Shown: piece by piece, positions 9,011-17,905 of the stretch
Layout of the letters: each line of letters starts with the position of its first letter
Position numbering within the stretch: the stretch's first letter is position 1
NCBI GenBank assembly: GCA_034429135.1
Contig: DAOUGR010000034.1
Span: 12,503-76,502, forward strand
Reading direction: 5' to 3'
DNA: 64,000 nt
Source of the DNA: Anaerolineaceae bacterium
GTDB lineage: Bacteria > Chloroflexota > Anaerolineae > Anaerolineales > Anaerolineaceae
Made by a program: the position numbers and the translations under genes
The notes under the pieces: generated by a model
Databases searched by the model: none
Told to the model about the DNA's origin: nothing
What the model saw: the letters and a program-made list of their open reading frames with translations, nothing else

Positions 9011-9041
9011 AAACCCCGCATTTTTTTTGCGGGGTTTTCTT
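9011..9041 (+). terminator. Rho-independent terminator after tRNA-Leu
   Basis: Stem aaaccccgca / tgcggggttt with a T-rich loop, followed by ttct. Confidence 0.6.
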
Positions 9042-9074
9042 GTCTGTAAATGTACTTTAGTGTAAGATTAACGC

Positions 9075-9470
9075 ATGAAGAAATTCATGAAAGATGTGAA
9101 ATTGCCTGTCGATGCGAAGAAGATTGGGTTCATTATAGCGGCGGTTATTCTGTTTTTTCTTGTAATGGATCTAAATAGCCGTCTCAATGAACTTTCTCGA
9201 TTAAGTGAACAGCAAGATAAAGCCCTAACGGTAGTAGCCGTGTTGCAGAGCACCTTACAGGTTCTTGATACTCAAGTGGCTTATGCTACCTCTGAAGGTG
9301 CAGTGGAAGATTGGGCTTACAACGAAGGACACATGGTCAGACCGGGGGAAAAACTGATCATTCCACTTGTTCCGCCCGGTGCTACGGCTGCACCAATCCT
9401 GGCACCTACGCCAACCGTAATGCCAGTAGAAAACTGGGAAGTCTGGATGGCACTCATTCTTGGTAAATAA
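9075..9470 (+). CDS. Septum-formation-initiator-like (FtsB/DivIC-type) bitopic membrane protein
   Basis: 131 aa with a short cytoplasmic N-terminus, one TM (IGFIIAAVILFFLVM) and a coiled coil (LNSRLNELSRLSEQQDKAL). The motif AVEDWAYNEGHMVRPGEKLI resembles the conserved C-terminal box of FtsB/DivIC proteins. Confidence 0.5.
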   Translation: MKKFMKDVKLPVDAKKIGFIIAAVILFFLVMDLNSRLNELSRLSEQQDKALTVVAVLQSTLQVLDTQVAYATSEGAVEDWAYNEGHMVRPGEKLIIPLVPPGATAAPILAPTPTVMPVENWEVWMALILGK

Positions 9471-9474
9471 CAAT

Positions 9475-9509
9475 AAGCTCCTTCAATCTCGAAGGAGCTT
9501 TATTTTTTT
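9475..9509. terminator. Bidirectional terminator between the FtsB-like gene and the GAF-PP2C gene
   Basis: 10-bp stem aagctccttc / gaaggagctt with a 6-nt loop, followed by tattttttt. It overlaps the stop codon of the minus-strand gene. Confidence 0.55.
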
Positions 9510-12500
9510 CGGTGAATGGCGATCATGGTCAGATCGTCTGATGGAGGTTCACCTTTACGGAAGACCTCGATTAGATCCTCAAGATACTCAAGAAGTTTTG
9601 GCGCAGAATAATGTGGAACATCCTTCATCGCGTCGATCAGTCGTGATTCTGAAAACAATTCACCGGTCGAGGAGAAAGCCTCGGTCACTCCATCGGTATA
9701 AAATAAGAGTGTGTCACCGAGACCAATATTCACTCGACAATTCTCATATTTGACATCATCAACAACTCCCAAGGCGATTTCACCCTTTGATAGTCTTTCA
9801 ATCGTCTTGGATTCTTCTCTGAATATCAGTGGAAGATTGTGCCCGGCGTTGGCATACTCTAGAATTCCGGTAACGGGATCCAATAAAGCGTAAATGCATG
9901 TCACAAACATTCCATCCTGCGTATCGCGTAACAGCAGGTTATTTACTTTATTCAGCACTTTTGCCGGCGATTTCTCAGATTGTGAGATGGAACGAATCAG
10001 GGTTCGCGTCACGGTCATGTATAGTGCTGCCGGCATCCCTTTGTCAGACACATCTGCTATCGCAAGCGCGATCTTCCCATTTTGGGTATTGAATACATCG
10101 TAAAAATCACCGCCTACTTCGCGAGCTGTGCGCCAACGGAGGTCGATATCCCATCCTTCACTCGTTGGAATGGATTGCGGCAAGAAGGTTTCTTGAATCT
10201 GGCGGGCAAGTTGAAATTCACGCTCAACTCTTTCTCTCCCTACCATTTCCTCTTTTAATCTTTCGTTTTGGATTGCCAGAGCAGTTTGCTGCGCTACTCC
10301 TTTGATTAATTCAACACGTTTTTGATGATAAGCTGGTTGAATATTTGTCGTCTTTGTCAGCATGACCCCGTATTTTTCACCCTTGATACTCAAAGGGAAG
10401 CCAAGCAGCCAGTTTTTGCTTTCCATTGAAAGCAATTCATTGTTTTCCACACATAACAGGGTTCCCCACTCTTTTACTGGAAGATCAGGATTATCCATCG
10501 AGCAGCTGACCATATCGTTGGTTTCTAGTATTTTTCCAAGTAATGGAAAATCAGCTGCAGAAAATGTGTGTTTGAGAATTTCTTCCAGTTCTTCGTGAGT
10601 CGATGCTACCGCATTGGCTGGATGGAAAAGCTGGTTATTCTTTTCCCAAATGTAAATCACACAAGTTTCCACACCCACAAGAATGGGCATCAAATGAACG
10701 ATGGTGTCAAGAATATCATCCAGTTTATTTTGACTCACCACAGCCTGCGCAACCTGTAAGAGAACTGCGGTAACGTAAGCTTCTTCCTGACGACTTTCAA
10801 CAAGACGAATATTCTCAAGCCCAACGGATGTTTGCTGGACGATGCCCTGCAGGATTGCCAGGGTTTGATCACTAAAACGACTTTGGATACCCATCCCTCC
10901 ATCACTTGTGTGCGAAACCAGGAAGGCACCCTGCAATTCACCATGGGCAACGAGGGGCAGCAAGACCAACGTGCCTGAAAGTTCAGAATGAGATAATGTA
11001 GACAAACACAATTCTTGTTTTGGATCTGTTATAAAAACTGGGGCCTGAGTTGCTTTCAGCTTTAACATGGATATCGAATCAGTATCCTTGAGGATCATTT
11101 CTTCTTCAGTAGGTTGAAAGCCGTACCATTTCTTTAATTCAAATGATTCGTTATCCTGTCTGGTAAGGTAAATGGCGCATTGATTAATGCCAACAAGAAG
11201 CGGTGTCAGCCTGACCATGGTGGAGAGGAGACCATCGATTGTGGTGATCGATTGGATGGCTTCAGCGACCTGTAGTAATACCGTCGATGACCAGGCTTCC
11301 TCTTGAGCCGAAGTGTATAACCTGGCGTTTTGGATCGCTACGGCCGCGTAATTGGCCAGGGTGGAGGCGATAATCGTTGCTTCGGAACCATAACGGTTGG
11401 CTGCGCGGTGAGCAAATGTGAGCACACCAAAGATTTCATCACCAGCCCGCAGGGGTACTGCTATTGAGGAGTAGTTCGATTTGAACTTACATGCCGCCCC
11501 TAAGGGACCGTATGGATCGTCAGGATTTCGTATTTGAACAAAATTGCTCGTAATCCCCTTATTTAAGAACTCTCTTATGCGAGAAGATTCCTTGGTTGCT
11601 TCGATCTCTTGAGCAGAAGCAATGCCCCGAACAGCTGCCAGCCGTAGCGGGCGCTCTTCGATAGGCAGCATCGAAACGTTATCCAGTAGCCAGATGGCAG
11701 ATGAATCACATGGCAGGTTGGTTTCGAGAGCAATCAGGATCCGATCGAGCAAGTCGGGCAATGCAGGGTTGGCTGAGAGCAAGCCGGCAATTTCTGTGAA
11801 GGTGTCTGCAACAGTACGCCGCCAGCGTTCAGTGTTGTAAAGCCTTGTGTTGCGGATTGACAAAGCTATGCCTGCGGCGAGACTCTCAAAAATATCGATG
11901 TCGCTGGCGTTAAAGAAACCGAGTTGATCTGATTGCAAGTCTAGAACACCAAGCGTTTCGGTTCCCATCTTAAGCGGCACAGACAACTCAGATTTAATCA
12001 ACCCAGAAAAAACTTTTGAAGGTTTGTAGAGAGGGTCTAGCGAAACATCATTGACCAATTTGGTTTTTCCGGTTCGGGCTACATAAGAGATGATTCCGCT
12101 GGGATCATCCAGTTCATAGGCAAACGAATTCGGCTTGAGTCCTTTTGAGCGAGAACCACTGCCTGCTCTAAAGATCACCTTTTTTCTTCCGGTGTGGACT
12201 GTAAAAATGTGTACAAAAGGAATTGAAAACCGCTTATGAATGACTGTTACGACTTCTTTAAACAACTTATCAAGGTCAAGGATAGAAGAAAGTGCATTGC
12301 TGATTTCAGCAACAGCAGCCATCTGGCTGGCGCGTTTCTCAATATTGTTATAAAGCCGTGCGCCTTGTACTGCCAGTGCGATATTATCCGCGAGAGAGCG
12401 TAAAACGAGCATATCATTTTCATGGAATGCACCGACTTTATCGCTCTGAATATCCAGAATCCCTAGAACCTGTTTTTCTACGATAAGGGGCAGAACGACT

Positions 12501-13309
12501 TCAGCTTTGGTTCTTGGCAGACCTTCATAATATCGATATAAAGGCTCACGGGTAACATCTTTTACAATGTATTCCTTGCCGGTTAAAGCTGCTGTGCCGA
12601 CAAGGCCCTCACCAAATTTAATCGCAAACAAAGGATTGTCGTTGGTAGGTTCACAATCGAGAGAACTGGCTCTGAATCGTAAGTCTTGTTTATCTTGATC
12701 GACCGTGAAAATGGAAACGAAGTAATAATCAAAGGAACACTGGATCAGGTTGGTAACCCGTTTACAGAGTTCATCCAGATCCATAACGTTGGCAATTTGT
12801 GAACTTACCGAACGGACGAGGGAGATCTGGTCATAACGCCAATTCTTGAGGGCTACCTGGCGGTTGACTTGCATTGCCAGCGCTGCTACAGAAGCGGTGT
12901 TCATAAGTGACTGGATTTCTTCAGTCGTAAAAGGGTTTTCTAAAGGACGTTCCACTTCCAAAACGCCCAGTAGATTCCCCTGAGTGATCACTGGAATTGC
13001 TATGGAATTGGCGTTCTCAGGTGATTCAGAAACTTTCTGATTCTTTGAAAAGAAAGGTTTTTTATATTGATGAGATTTTTGAACAATGACTGGGGCAGGG
13101 GTTGAGGGGATTGTCGTTACCGGGCGTTCACCGGGGAGCGGATAAAAAGGTTCTACCAGCCACAGGAAAGCCTGGCAATTCATCTCCTCGTGAATCAGGT
13201 TGTTCAAATACTCACAGGTACTGGCAGAATCAGGCTGCTTGAGCAGTGCTTCGCCAAGGCTGAGCAACTTTTGCCAGATAGCATAAGAGGATTTTGGATC
13301 TGGCTCCAT
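9500..13309 (-). CDS. Six-GAF-domain PP2C (SpoIIE/RsbU-type) serine phosphatase
   Basis: 1269 aa. About six tandem modules of roughly 160 aa, each ending in a [VL]PL...G..LGVL[DT]...-type strand pattern typical of GAF domains. The C-terminal approx. 240 aa carry PP2C/SpoIIE motifs (REVGGDFYDVF, IADVSDKGMPAALYM, YANAGHNLP, FYTDGVTEA). Confidence 0.85.
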   Translation of the reverse strand: MEPDPKSSYAIWQKLLSLGEALLKQPDSASTCEYLNNLIHEEMNCQAFLWLVEPFYPLPGERPVTTIPSTPAPVIVQKSHQYKKPFFSKNQKVSESPENANSIAIPVITQGNLLGVLEVERPLENPFTTEEIQSLMNTASVAALAMQVNRQVALKNWRYDQISLVRSVSSQIANVMDLDELCKRVTNLIQCSFDYYFVSIFTVDQDKQDLRFRASSLDCEPTNDNPLFAIKFGEGLVGTAALTGKEYIVKDVTREPLYRYYEGLPRTKAEVVLPLIVEKQVLGILDIQSDKVGAFHENDMLVLRSLADNIALAVQGARLYNNIEKRASQMAAVAEISNALSSILDLDKLFKEVVTVIHKRFSIPFVHIFTVHTGRKKVIFRAGSGSRSKGLKPNSFAYELDDPSGIISYVARTGKTKLVNDVSLDPLYKPSKVFSGLIKSELSVPLKMGTETLGVLDLQSDQLGFFNASDIDIFESLAAGIALSIRNTRLYNTERWRRTVADTFTEIAGLLSANPALPDLLDRILIALETNLPCDSSAIWLLDNVSMLPIEERPLRLAAVRGIASAQEIEATKESSRIREFLNKGITSNFVQIRNPDDPYGPLGAACKFKSNYSSIAVPLRAGDEIFGVLTFAHRAANRYGSEATIIASTLANYAAVAIQNARLYTSAQEEAWSSTVLLQVAEAIQSITTIDGLLSTMVRLTPLLVGINQCAIYLTRQDNESFELKKWYGFQPTEEEMILKDTDSISMLKLKATQAPVFITDPKQELCLSTLSHSELSGTLVLLPLVAHGELQGAFLVSHTSDGGMGIQSRFSDQTLAILQGIVQQTSVGLENIRLVESRQEEAYVTAVLLQVAQAVVSQNKLDDILDTIVHLMPILVGVETCVIYIWEKNNQLFHPANAVASTHEELEEILKHTFSAADFPLLGKILETNDMVSCSMDNPDLPVKEWGTLLCVENNELLSMESKNWLLGFPLSIKGEKYGVMLTKTTNIQPAYHQKRVELIKGVAQQTALAIQNERLKEEMVGRERVEREFQLARQIQETFLPQSIPTSEGWDIDLRWRTAREVGGDFYDVFNTQNGKIALAIADVSDKGMPAALYMTVTRTLIRSISQSEKSPAKVLNKVNNLLLRDTQDGMFVTCIYALLDPVTGILEYANAGHNLPLIFREESKTIERLSKGEIALGVVDDVKYENCRVNIGLGDTLLFYTDGVTEAFSSTGELFSESRLIDAMKDVPHYSAPKLLEYLEDLIEVFRKGEPPSDDLTMIAIHRKK

Positions 13310-13311
13310 GG

Positions 13312-13725
13312 TTATGATTCTTTTTTCTTTTTAAACATGGTCAGCCTGTTGTGGTCATGATAGAACTCGAATTTGATATCATCCATCAGCTGGCACATGA
13401 GAAAGAAGCCCAATCCATGGTTTTTCCGATTTTTCAATTGGGCCTTGATGTCGGGAGTTGGTACGCAAGATGGGTCGAAGGGTTGACCATAATCTTCAAG
13501 GACGATTTTGATGCCGTCGTCTTCAATAAGGCAGTGGCATTTGATCTCTCCAATACCTTCGCCACCGTATGCATGCTCAATAATGTTAGAAACAGCCTCA
13601 TCTACGGCTGTTTCTAGCTCAAAAGTTTCCTGATGATTCAGGCCGGCATTTTGGGCTTCATTTGTTACAAATTCTGCAATTTCCGCCAGACTTTCGTACC
13701 GGCCTGGAAAGATCCGGGTTTTCAT
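13312..13725 (-). CDS. Anti-sigma-factor-type serine kinase (RsbW/SpoIIAB-like, HATPase_c_2)
   Basis: 137 aa with N-box AVDEAVSNIIEHAY, G-box DYGQPFD and HGLGFFLMCQLMDD. There is a 2-nt gap to the downstream PP2C gene. Confidence 0.8.
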   Translation of the reverse strand: MKTRIFPGRYESLAEIAEFVTNEAQNAGLNHQETFELETAVDEAVSNIIEHAYGGEGIGEIKCHCLIEDDGIKIVLEDYGQPFDPSCVPTPDIKAQLKNRKNHGLGFFLMCQLMDDIKFEFYHDHNRLTMFKKKKES

Positions 13726-13739
13726 AGCGTTTTGACAGG

Positions 13740-14075
13740 TTAGAATGTTCCCACCGCTGTTAAGACGTCATCATAAATCTTAAAAATGGAGGTAAATCCT
13801 GCAAGGTCAAATACGGAGAGGATTGGAGCGGGCAAGCCAGCCAGAACAAGTTCACCGCGGTTGTAACGTTTGCAGTTTTTAAGGGTGGCAATTAGAACGC
13901 GAAGACCGGCACTGGAAATGAATTCAAGTTGTGTGAAATCCATGACGATCTTGAAGCGGCCTTGGTTGTTTATCCGGGCTAATTCTTCGGCTAATTTTGG
14001 AGATGTGGCGCTATCCAACCGTCCACTAATTTTTACGACATCACAGCGTTTGAATTGGCTTGTTGATATTTCCAT
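13740..14075 (-). CDS. STAS-domain anti-anti-sigma factor (RsbV/SpoIIAA-like)
   Basis: MEISTSQFKRCDVVKISGRLDSATSPKLAEEL..., with the phosphorylatable-Ser context FISSAGLRVL. Start set at the ATG at 14075, which has a GGAGG 7 nt upstream. The 24-codon track extension lacks an RBS. Confidence 0.8.
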   Translation of the reverse strand: MEISTSQFKRCDVVKISGRLDSATSPKLAEELARINNQGRFKIVMDFTQLEFISSAGLRVLIATLKNCKRYNRGELVLAGLPAPILSVFDLAGFTSIFKIYDDVLTAVGTF

Positions 14076-14277
14076 TGTTTTACCTCCGCAAGATATCAGT
14101 TTGGTATGAAGTATTATATCATGTACACATGTAAATAATTTTCTCAAGGTATTTGCCTTGACGATTTGTGGTATTATGAAAACGAGATTTTGGAAAATAG
14201 GGGTCTCGACCGATAGTAAAGTCTCTAGTAAAATCTAAAATTATTCGATATACAATCAGAACATACATAGGGTAATT

Positions 14278-15003
14278 ATGAATCGAAAAGATAATCCTCA
14301 AAAAGTGATCAACAGGTTCGCCAAGCGGCAAAAGATCATGCCATACATACTGGGTGGGTTGGCTGGTATTCTGGCGCTGCTTGGAATTTTCATCATTGTG
14401 GCAGTTGTGACAGGCTCTGGGAATCCCTTTCGCGCGATTTTTGCTACAAAAACACCAACTGCTACAGCAACCTTTACCCCAACGGCCACCGTCCCATCTC
14501 CAACACCATCAAATACACCAACCATCACAGGAACTCCTGAACCCACGATGACTCCCACCCCGTCAGGCCCCTGGTACTATGAAGTGAAAGAGAATGATTC
14601 CTGCTGGGCGCTCGCAGACACTTATGATGTCGATTTCCTTGTTCTGCTGGCCATTAATAACTTCACTAACGGCACATGCCCGATTGCTCCTGGAGACAGG
14701 ATTCTGATCCCTGCGCAAGGTCAGGTTTTGCCCACGGCAACCCCGCTGCCTACTGACTTCCCGCGCGGTACAATCATTGAATATACTGTTCAGCCAAACG
14801 AGACTCTGGCGAGCATTGCTTCCAAGTTCCAGACGACCAAGGAAGATATCATGACCAGGAATTCGATTAAAGATGAAAACCTGATCTATGTTGGACAGGT
14901 TCTCAAGATTCGTTATGGAATTGCCACTCCAACCAGGACGTTGCAACCAACAAGCACTCTGGCGACCATCAATATAACGCCCACTGCATCGGTTACCCCG
15001 TAA
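14278..15003 (+). CDS. Membrane-anchored protein with two LysM peptidoglycan-binding domains
   Basis: N-terminal TM (ILGGLAGILALLGIFIIVAVV) and a Thr/Pro-rich linker. Two LysM repeats (YYEVKENDSCWALADTYDVD...GDRILIP and YTVQPNETLASIASKFQTT...VGQVLKI). Confidence 0.8.
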   Translation: MNRKDNPQKVINRFAKRQKIMPYILGGLAGILALLGIFIIVAVVTGSGNPFRAIFATKTPTATATFTPTATVPSPTPSNTPTITGTPEPTMTPTPSGPWYYEVKENDSCWALADTYDVDFLVLLAINNFTNGTCPIAPGDRILIPAQGQVLPTATPLPTDFPRGTIIEYTVQPNETLASIASKFQTTKEDIMTRNSIKDENLIYVGQVLKIRYGIATPTRTLQPTSTLATINITPTASVTP

Positions 15004-15020
15004 TCGATTTCTCGCATTGA

Positions 15021-15055
15021 AAAGATCCCTTCGAACCTGAAGGGATCTTTTATTT
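15021..15055. terminator. Bidirectional terminator between the LysM gene and queG
   Basis: 12-bp stem aaagatcccttc / gaagggatcttt with a 6-nt loop and T-rich flanks. It overlaps the queG stop. Confidence 0.55.
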
Positions 15056-16096
15056 ACTGATTTGATTAATTGCCCAGTGTGCGGTGTACAACAGGGTTGG
15101 ATCTGAGGTTGATTCAATTATCTTATGTATGATTGGAATATTTCCTGGGTCCGCAAGGTTCCCAAGGCGAATGAGGAGATTGCGCAAGAGGCCGTTTCTC
15201 TTGGTTCTTGAAAGAGCGGTTTTTCCGAATTGGTGTTGAAATATCTCTTCTGACATGGAAAGCATTTCTGTCATCTGTTCTGTGGACACCACCAGGTCGT
15301 TATTGGTCTGGTCAGTTCGCGCAGAAAATTTCTTGTTCCACGGGCAAACCATCTGGCAGATATCACAGCCAAAGATCCAATTACCAAATTCTTGCATGAT
15401 TTCTGGAGGAACCTCACCGCGGTTTTCGATGGTGTGGTAGCTGATACAACGGTTGGCATCGATCGTACGGTCGGGATGGATGCACCCGGTTGGACATGCC
15501 TGAATGCATCGATCGCATTTACCGCAGCGGTCTTTCGAATCAGGATGGTCAATTTCCAATTCCGTATCAAGCAATATCTCTGCTATTAAAAAAGTTGATC
15601 CGATTCGTGGCGAAATTAAAAAAGAATTTTTACCAATCCAACCCAATCCAGCCCGGCACGCCAGTTCTCTTTCCAGAATTGGGGCGCTATCGGTGCAGAT
15701 GCGATAGGTTATCTCGTGCTTAAAATCGGATCGAAGGGTTTGCATGAACTCATCCAATAATCGGGGTAAGCGCGAGTGATAATCTTCACCAGTGGTGTAA
15801 CTGCCAATTAAACCAACCGGTGAAGCGGTAAGAAGATCGGTCGGGTGTAATGGATAAGGAAACCCCACAATGATGATTGACTTTACACTGGGAAGGAAAA
15901 GATGTGGATCGCGCCGGGTTTCGATATGGTATTTGGAGGTAAGGTAATTCATTCCGGCGTGATGTTTCTTATTGATCCACTCCATGTACCGATCGTGATG
16001 CTGCAAAGGTTCAGCGTTGGTGATACCAACTATGGAAAAGCCAAGGCTTTTTGCCCTGGCTTTTATCAGTTCGGTTTGCTGCCGTAGAGAATCCAC
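15050..16096 (-). CDS. queG: Epoxyqueuosine reductase
   Basis: Two 4Fe-4S motifs (CGKCDRCIQACP, CDICQMVCPWN), the GWIGKNS box and a HEAT-like C-terminus. Start moved to the GTG at 16096 (VDSLRQQTELIKARAKSLGF). The 55-codon track extension overlaps the upstream gene in another frame. Confidence 0.8.
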   Translation of the reverse strand: MDSLRQQTELIKARAKSLGFSIVGITNAEPLQHHDRYMEWINKKHHAGMNYLTSKYHIETRRDPHLFLPSVKSIIIVGFPYPLHPTDLLTASPVGLIGSYTTGEDYHSRLPRLLDEFMQTLRSDFKHEITYRICTDSAPILERELACRAGLGWIGKNSFLISPRIGSTFLIAEILLDTELEIDHPDSKDRCGKCDRCIQACPTGCIHPDRTIDANRCISYHTIENRGEVPPEIMQEFGNWIFGCDICQMVCPWNKKFSARTDQTNNDLVVSTEQMTEMLSMSEEIFQHQFGKTALSRTKRNGLLRNLLIRLGNLADPGNIPIIHKIIESTSDPTLLYTAHWAINQISK

Positions 16097-16103
16097 TTTA
16101 TTA

Positions 16104-16796
16104 TTATGGGGTTGTAGCCGTTGTAGGAGCGGTGGTTGCCTGGGTTGTTGCCGTAACCGTTCCTGTGGATGGGGTTCCAACTGTGATATCAATACTGCAA
16201 TATTCACCGAAGGGGTAGCCGCTGGCGCTGTATAACTTCCAGGAACTGGTATACCTGCCATTGGTGGTAGGTGCGATAAATTTAGCGCTGATCTCAGCCG
16301 TCTCTCCTGGAGCGACGTCTTTTGTCAGTTTGAAGAAGGTAGCACCATTTGCGCCAAGCAGGTTTCCTTCAAGGTATATGAGTGAATAATCTTTCGTCCA
16401 TGTGGTCGTTCCATTGTTGATGAAGGTCCAGGTTTTCGTAAAGCTTGTTCCTGCCTTCACAATTTCACCGTCAGGATAGTTGACGTCACCAACAAATCTG
16501 GAATTATCGCCCGATGAAGCAGGCGGTACGGTGGGTTTCGCGGTTGGGGTTGCAGTAGCAGGCGTGGTTTCTACCGTTGGGGTCGGGGGCGCCTGTGTTG
16601 GGGTTGGAGTAGGTTCCAGGGTTGCAGTTGCAGAAGGGGTCAGCAGGGCGATCTGGGTTAATTCAGCCTGTACGGTTGCGGCAATTTCAGTGGATTTCTG
16701 ATTCGGATCAACGGTTGGTTTAGCTGCACAAGCGGATAAAATCATTATTGCTGTCACAAGGATTAGCAATCCGCCAAGTTTCTTTTTCGTAAACAT
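16104..16796 (-). CDS. Secreted lipoprotein with an NBR1-FW-like (Ig-like) domain and Thr/Pro-rich linkers
   Basis: Lipobox ILSAC after MFTKKKLGGLLILVTAIM, then a TPTPT linker. Next comes FVGDVNYPDGEIVKAGTSFTKTWTFINNGTTTW...WKLYSASGYPFG, which resembles the four-Trp NBR1 domain. Start set at the ATG at 16796. Confidence 0.55.
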   Translation of the reverse strand: MFTKKKLGGLLILVTAIMILSACAAKPTVDPNQKSTEIAATVQAELTQIALLTPSATATLEPTPTPTQAPPTPTVETTPATATPTAKPTVPPASSGDNSRFVGDVNYPDGEIVKAGTSFTKTWTFINNGTTTWTKDYSLIYLEGNLLGANGATFFKLTKDVAPGETAEISAKFIAPTTNGRYTSSWKLYSASGYPFGEYCSIDITVGTPSTGTVTATTQATTAPTTATTP

Positions 16797-16900
16797 TGAT
16801 ACATCCTCCAAAAAGATACAAATTCTCGCAGACAATTGTCAGACACCTTGTCTGTATTGTCAAGATTATGAAAATAACGATTTATGATGATAACTTAAGA

Positions 16901-17905
16901 TTATTGCAGGAAATTAGCTGGATCGTTTATGACCGGGTAGCCAAAGACAAATCCCTGACTGCCCCGAAATGTGATGAAATTTACCGCTCCAGGGGCGATG
17001 TCAATCTCAGCTTTATAGAGGCCGTAATAGTAATAAGTTGAGATCTCATATTTACCTTCAGGCAGATCATAAAGCACAAAATTTTCCCTAAAGAAATCAT
17101 CGTTTAAATGACGATCAATGAGGTTCTGTGAATAGGTTGTAATTTTCCAAATTTTGCCTGTTTCAAGCGATTTTAAAGTGAAATTCTTTGACGGCAGGAA
17201 ATATCCGCCTTCCGTCTGGATTCTCCCGGCAAGGACTCCGTAGCCCAAAGGAGGCGCAAGCCATAGTTCCGGGTTTTGTACCACTGCGTCTTGACCGTCT
17301 TGAAGGCGCACTTCAAAATGGAGGTGTGGCCCACTGGTGTTTCCGGTAATTCCGACAGTTCCGATCGGTTCTCCTGCTTTGACCATCTGACCATCTTTTA
17401 CGAGTGACTTCTGAAGGTGACCGTAGACGGTATATAAAGTATTCCCTTCAAAGCCGAAGGAATGTTTGATCATGACCGCGATCCCGTATGGATCTTCTGG
17501 ATCGAATGACCCCTTGATTAATCCGTAACCTGAAAAGATGACTTCACCATCACCAGCCGCCAGCACAGGTTCTCCGATTTCTGAAACCAGATCAATGCCG
17601 GTGTGGAGGCTGTTGGTTTTTGTGTCAAAAAAACCATAGCGAAAGTCAGCTGTAGGCCATGAGACCTCTTCGATGATCAAAGGCCGGGTTAGTAAGAAGT
17701 GGTCGTGGGGTGCTAAAGCTAACGGGACGTTATAGAAGGCAGGATATTTACCAGGTTCTGGCGTTTCGGTGGGTTCAGGAAAATCAAGCTCAACCGGTGT
17801 AGATGAATTAGCCAGAACTGGCACCGTGTTGATTAGCAGTGCAATTAATACACTGGCGCTGATGATTGTGCGGAGGAAACCCAGAGAAGAGAGGACGTTT
17901 TTCAT
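16901..17905 (-). CDS. M23-family metallopeptidase (secreted)
   Basis: Signal peptide, then LytM-type zinc motifs HTGIDL and GPHLHFEV. An additional C-terminal beta-rich domain follows. ATGA overlap with the upstream gene at 17902-17905. Confidence 0.8.
   Translation of the reverse strand: MKNVLSSLGFLRTIISASVLIALLINTVPVLANSSTPVELDFPEPTETPEPGKYPAFYNVPLALAPHDHFLLTRPLIIEEVSWPTADFRYGFFDTKTNSLHTGIDLVSEIGEPVLAAGDGEVIFSGYGLIKGSFDPEDPYGIAVMIKHSFGFEGNTLYTVYGHLQKSLVKDGQMVKAGEPIGTVGITGNTSGPHLHFEVRLQDGQDAVVQNPELWLAPPLGYGVLAGRIQTEGGYFLPSKNFTLKSLETGKIWKITTYSQNLIDRHLNDDFFRENFVLYDLPEGKYEISTYYYYGLYKAEIDIAPGAVNFITFRGSQGFVFGYPVINDPANFLQ

Noticed and set aside
14298-15117. Minus-strand ORFs (86 aa and 184 aa) overlapping the LysM gene, and similar Gly/Val-rich ORFs such as 16480-16701 on the plus strand.
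   Set aside because: They are mirror images of Thr/Pro-rich linker coding sequence (ACN/CCN repeats read as GVG on the opposite strand). The LysM and lipoprotein frames have clear domains.
16097-16261. 55-codon N-terminal extension of queG in the ORF track.
   Set aside because: It overlaps the 3-prime end of the upstream lipoprotein gene in another frame and encodes Pro/Gln-rich filler. A GTG at 16096 gives a QueG of normal length starting just after the upstream stop.
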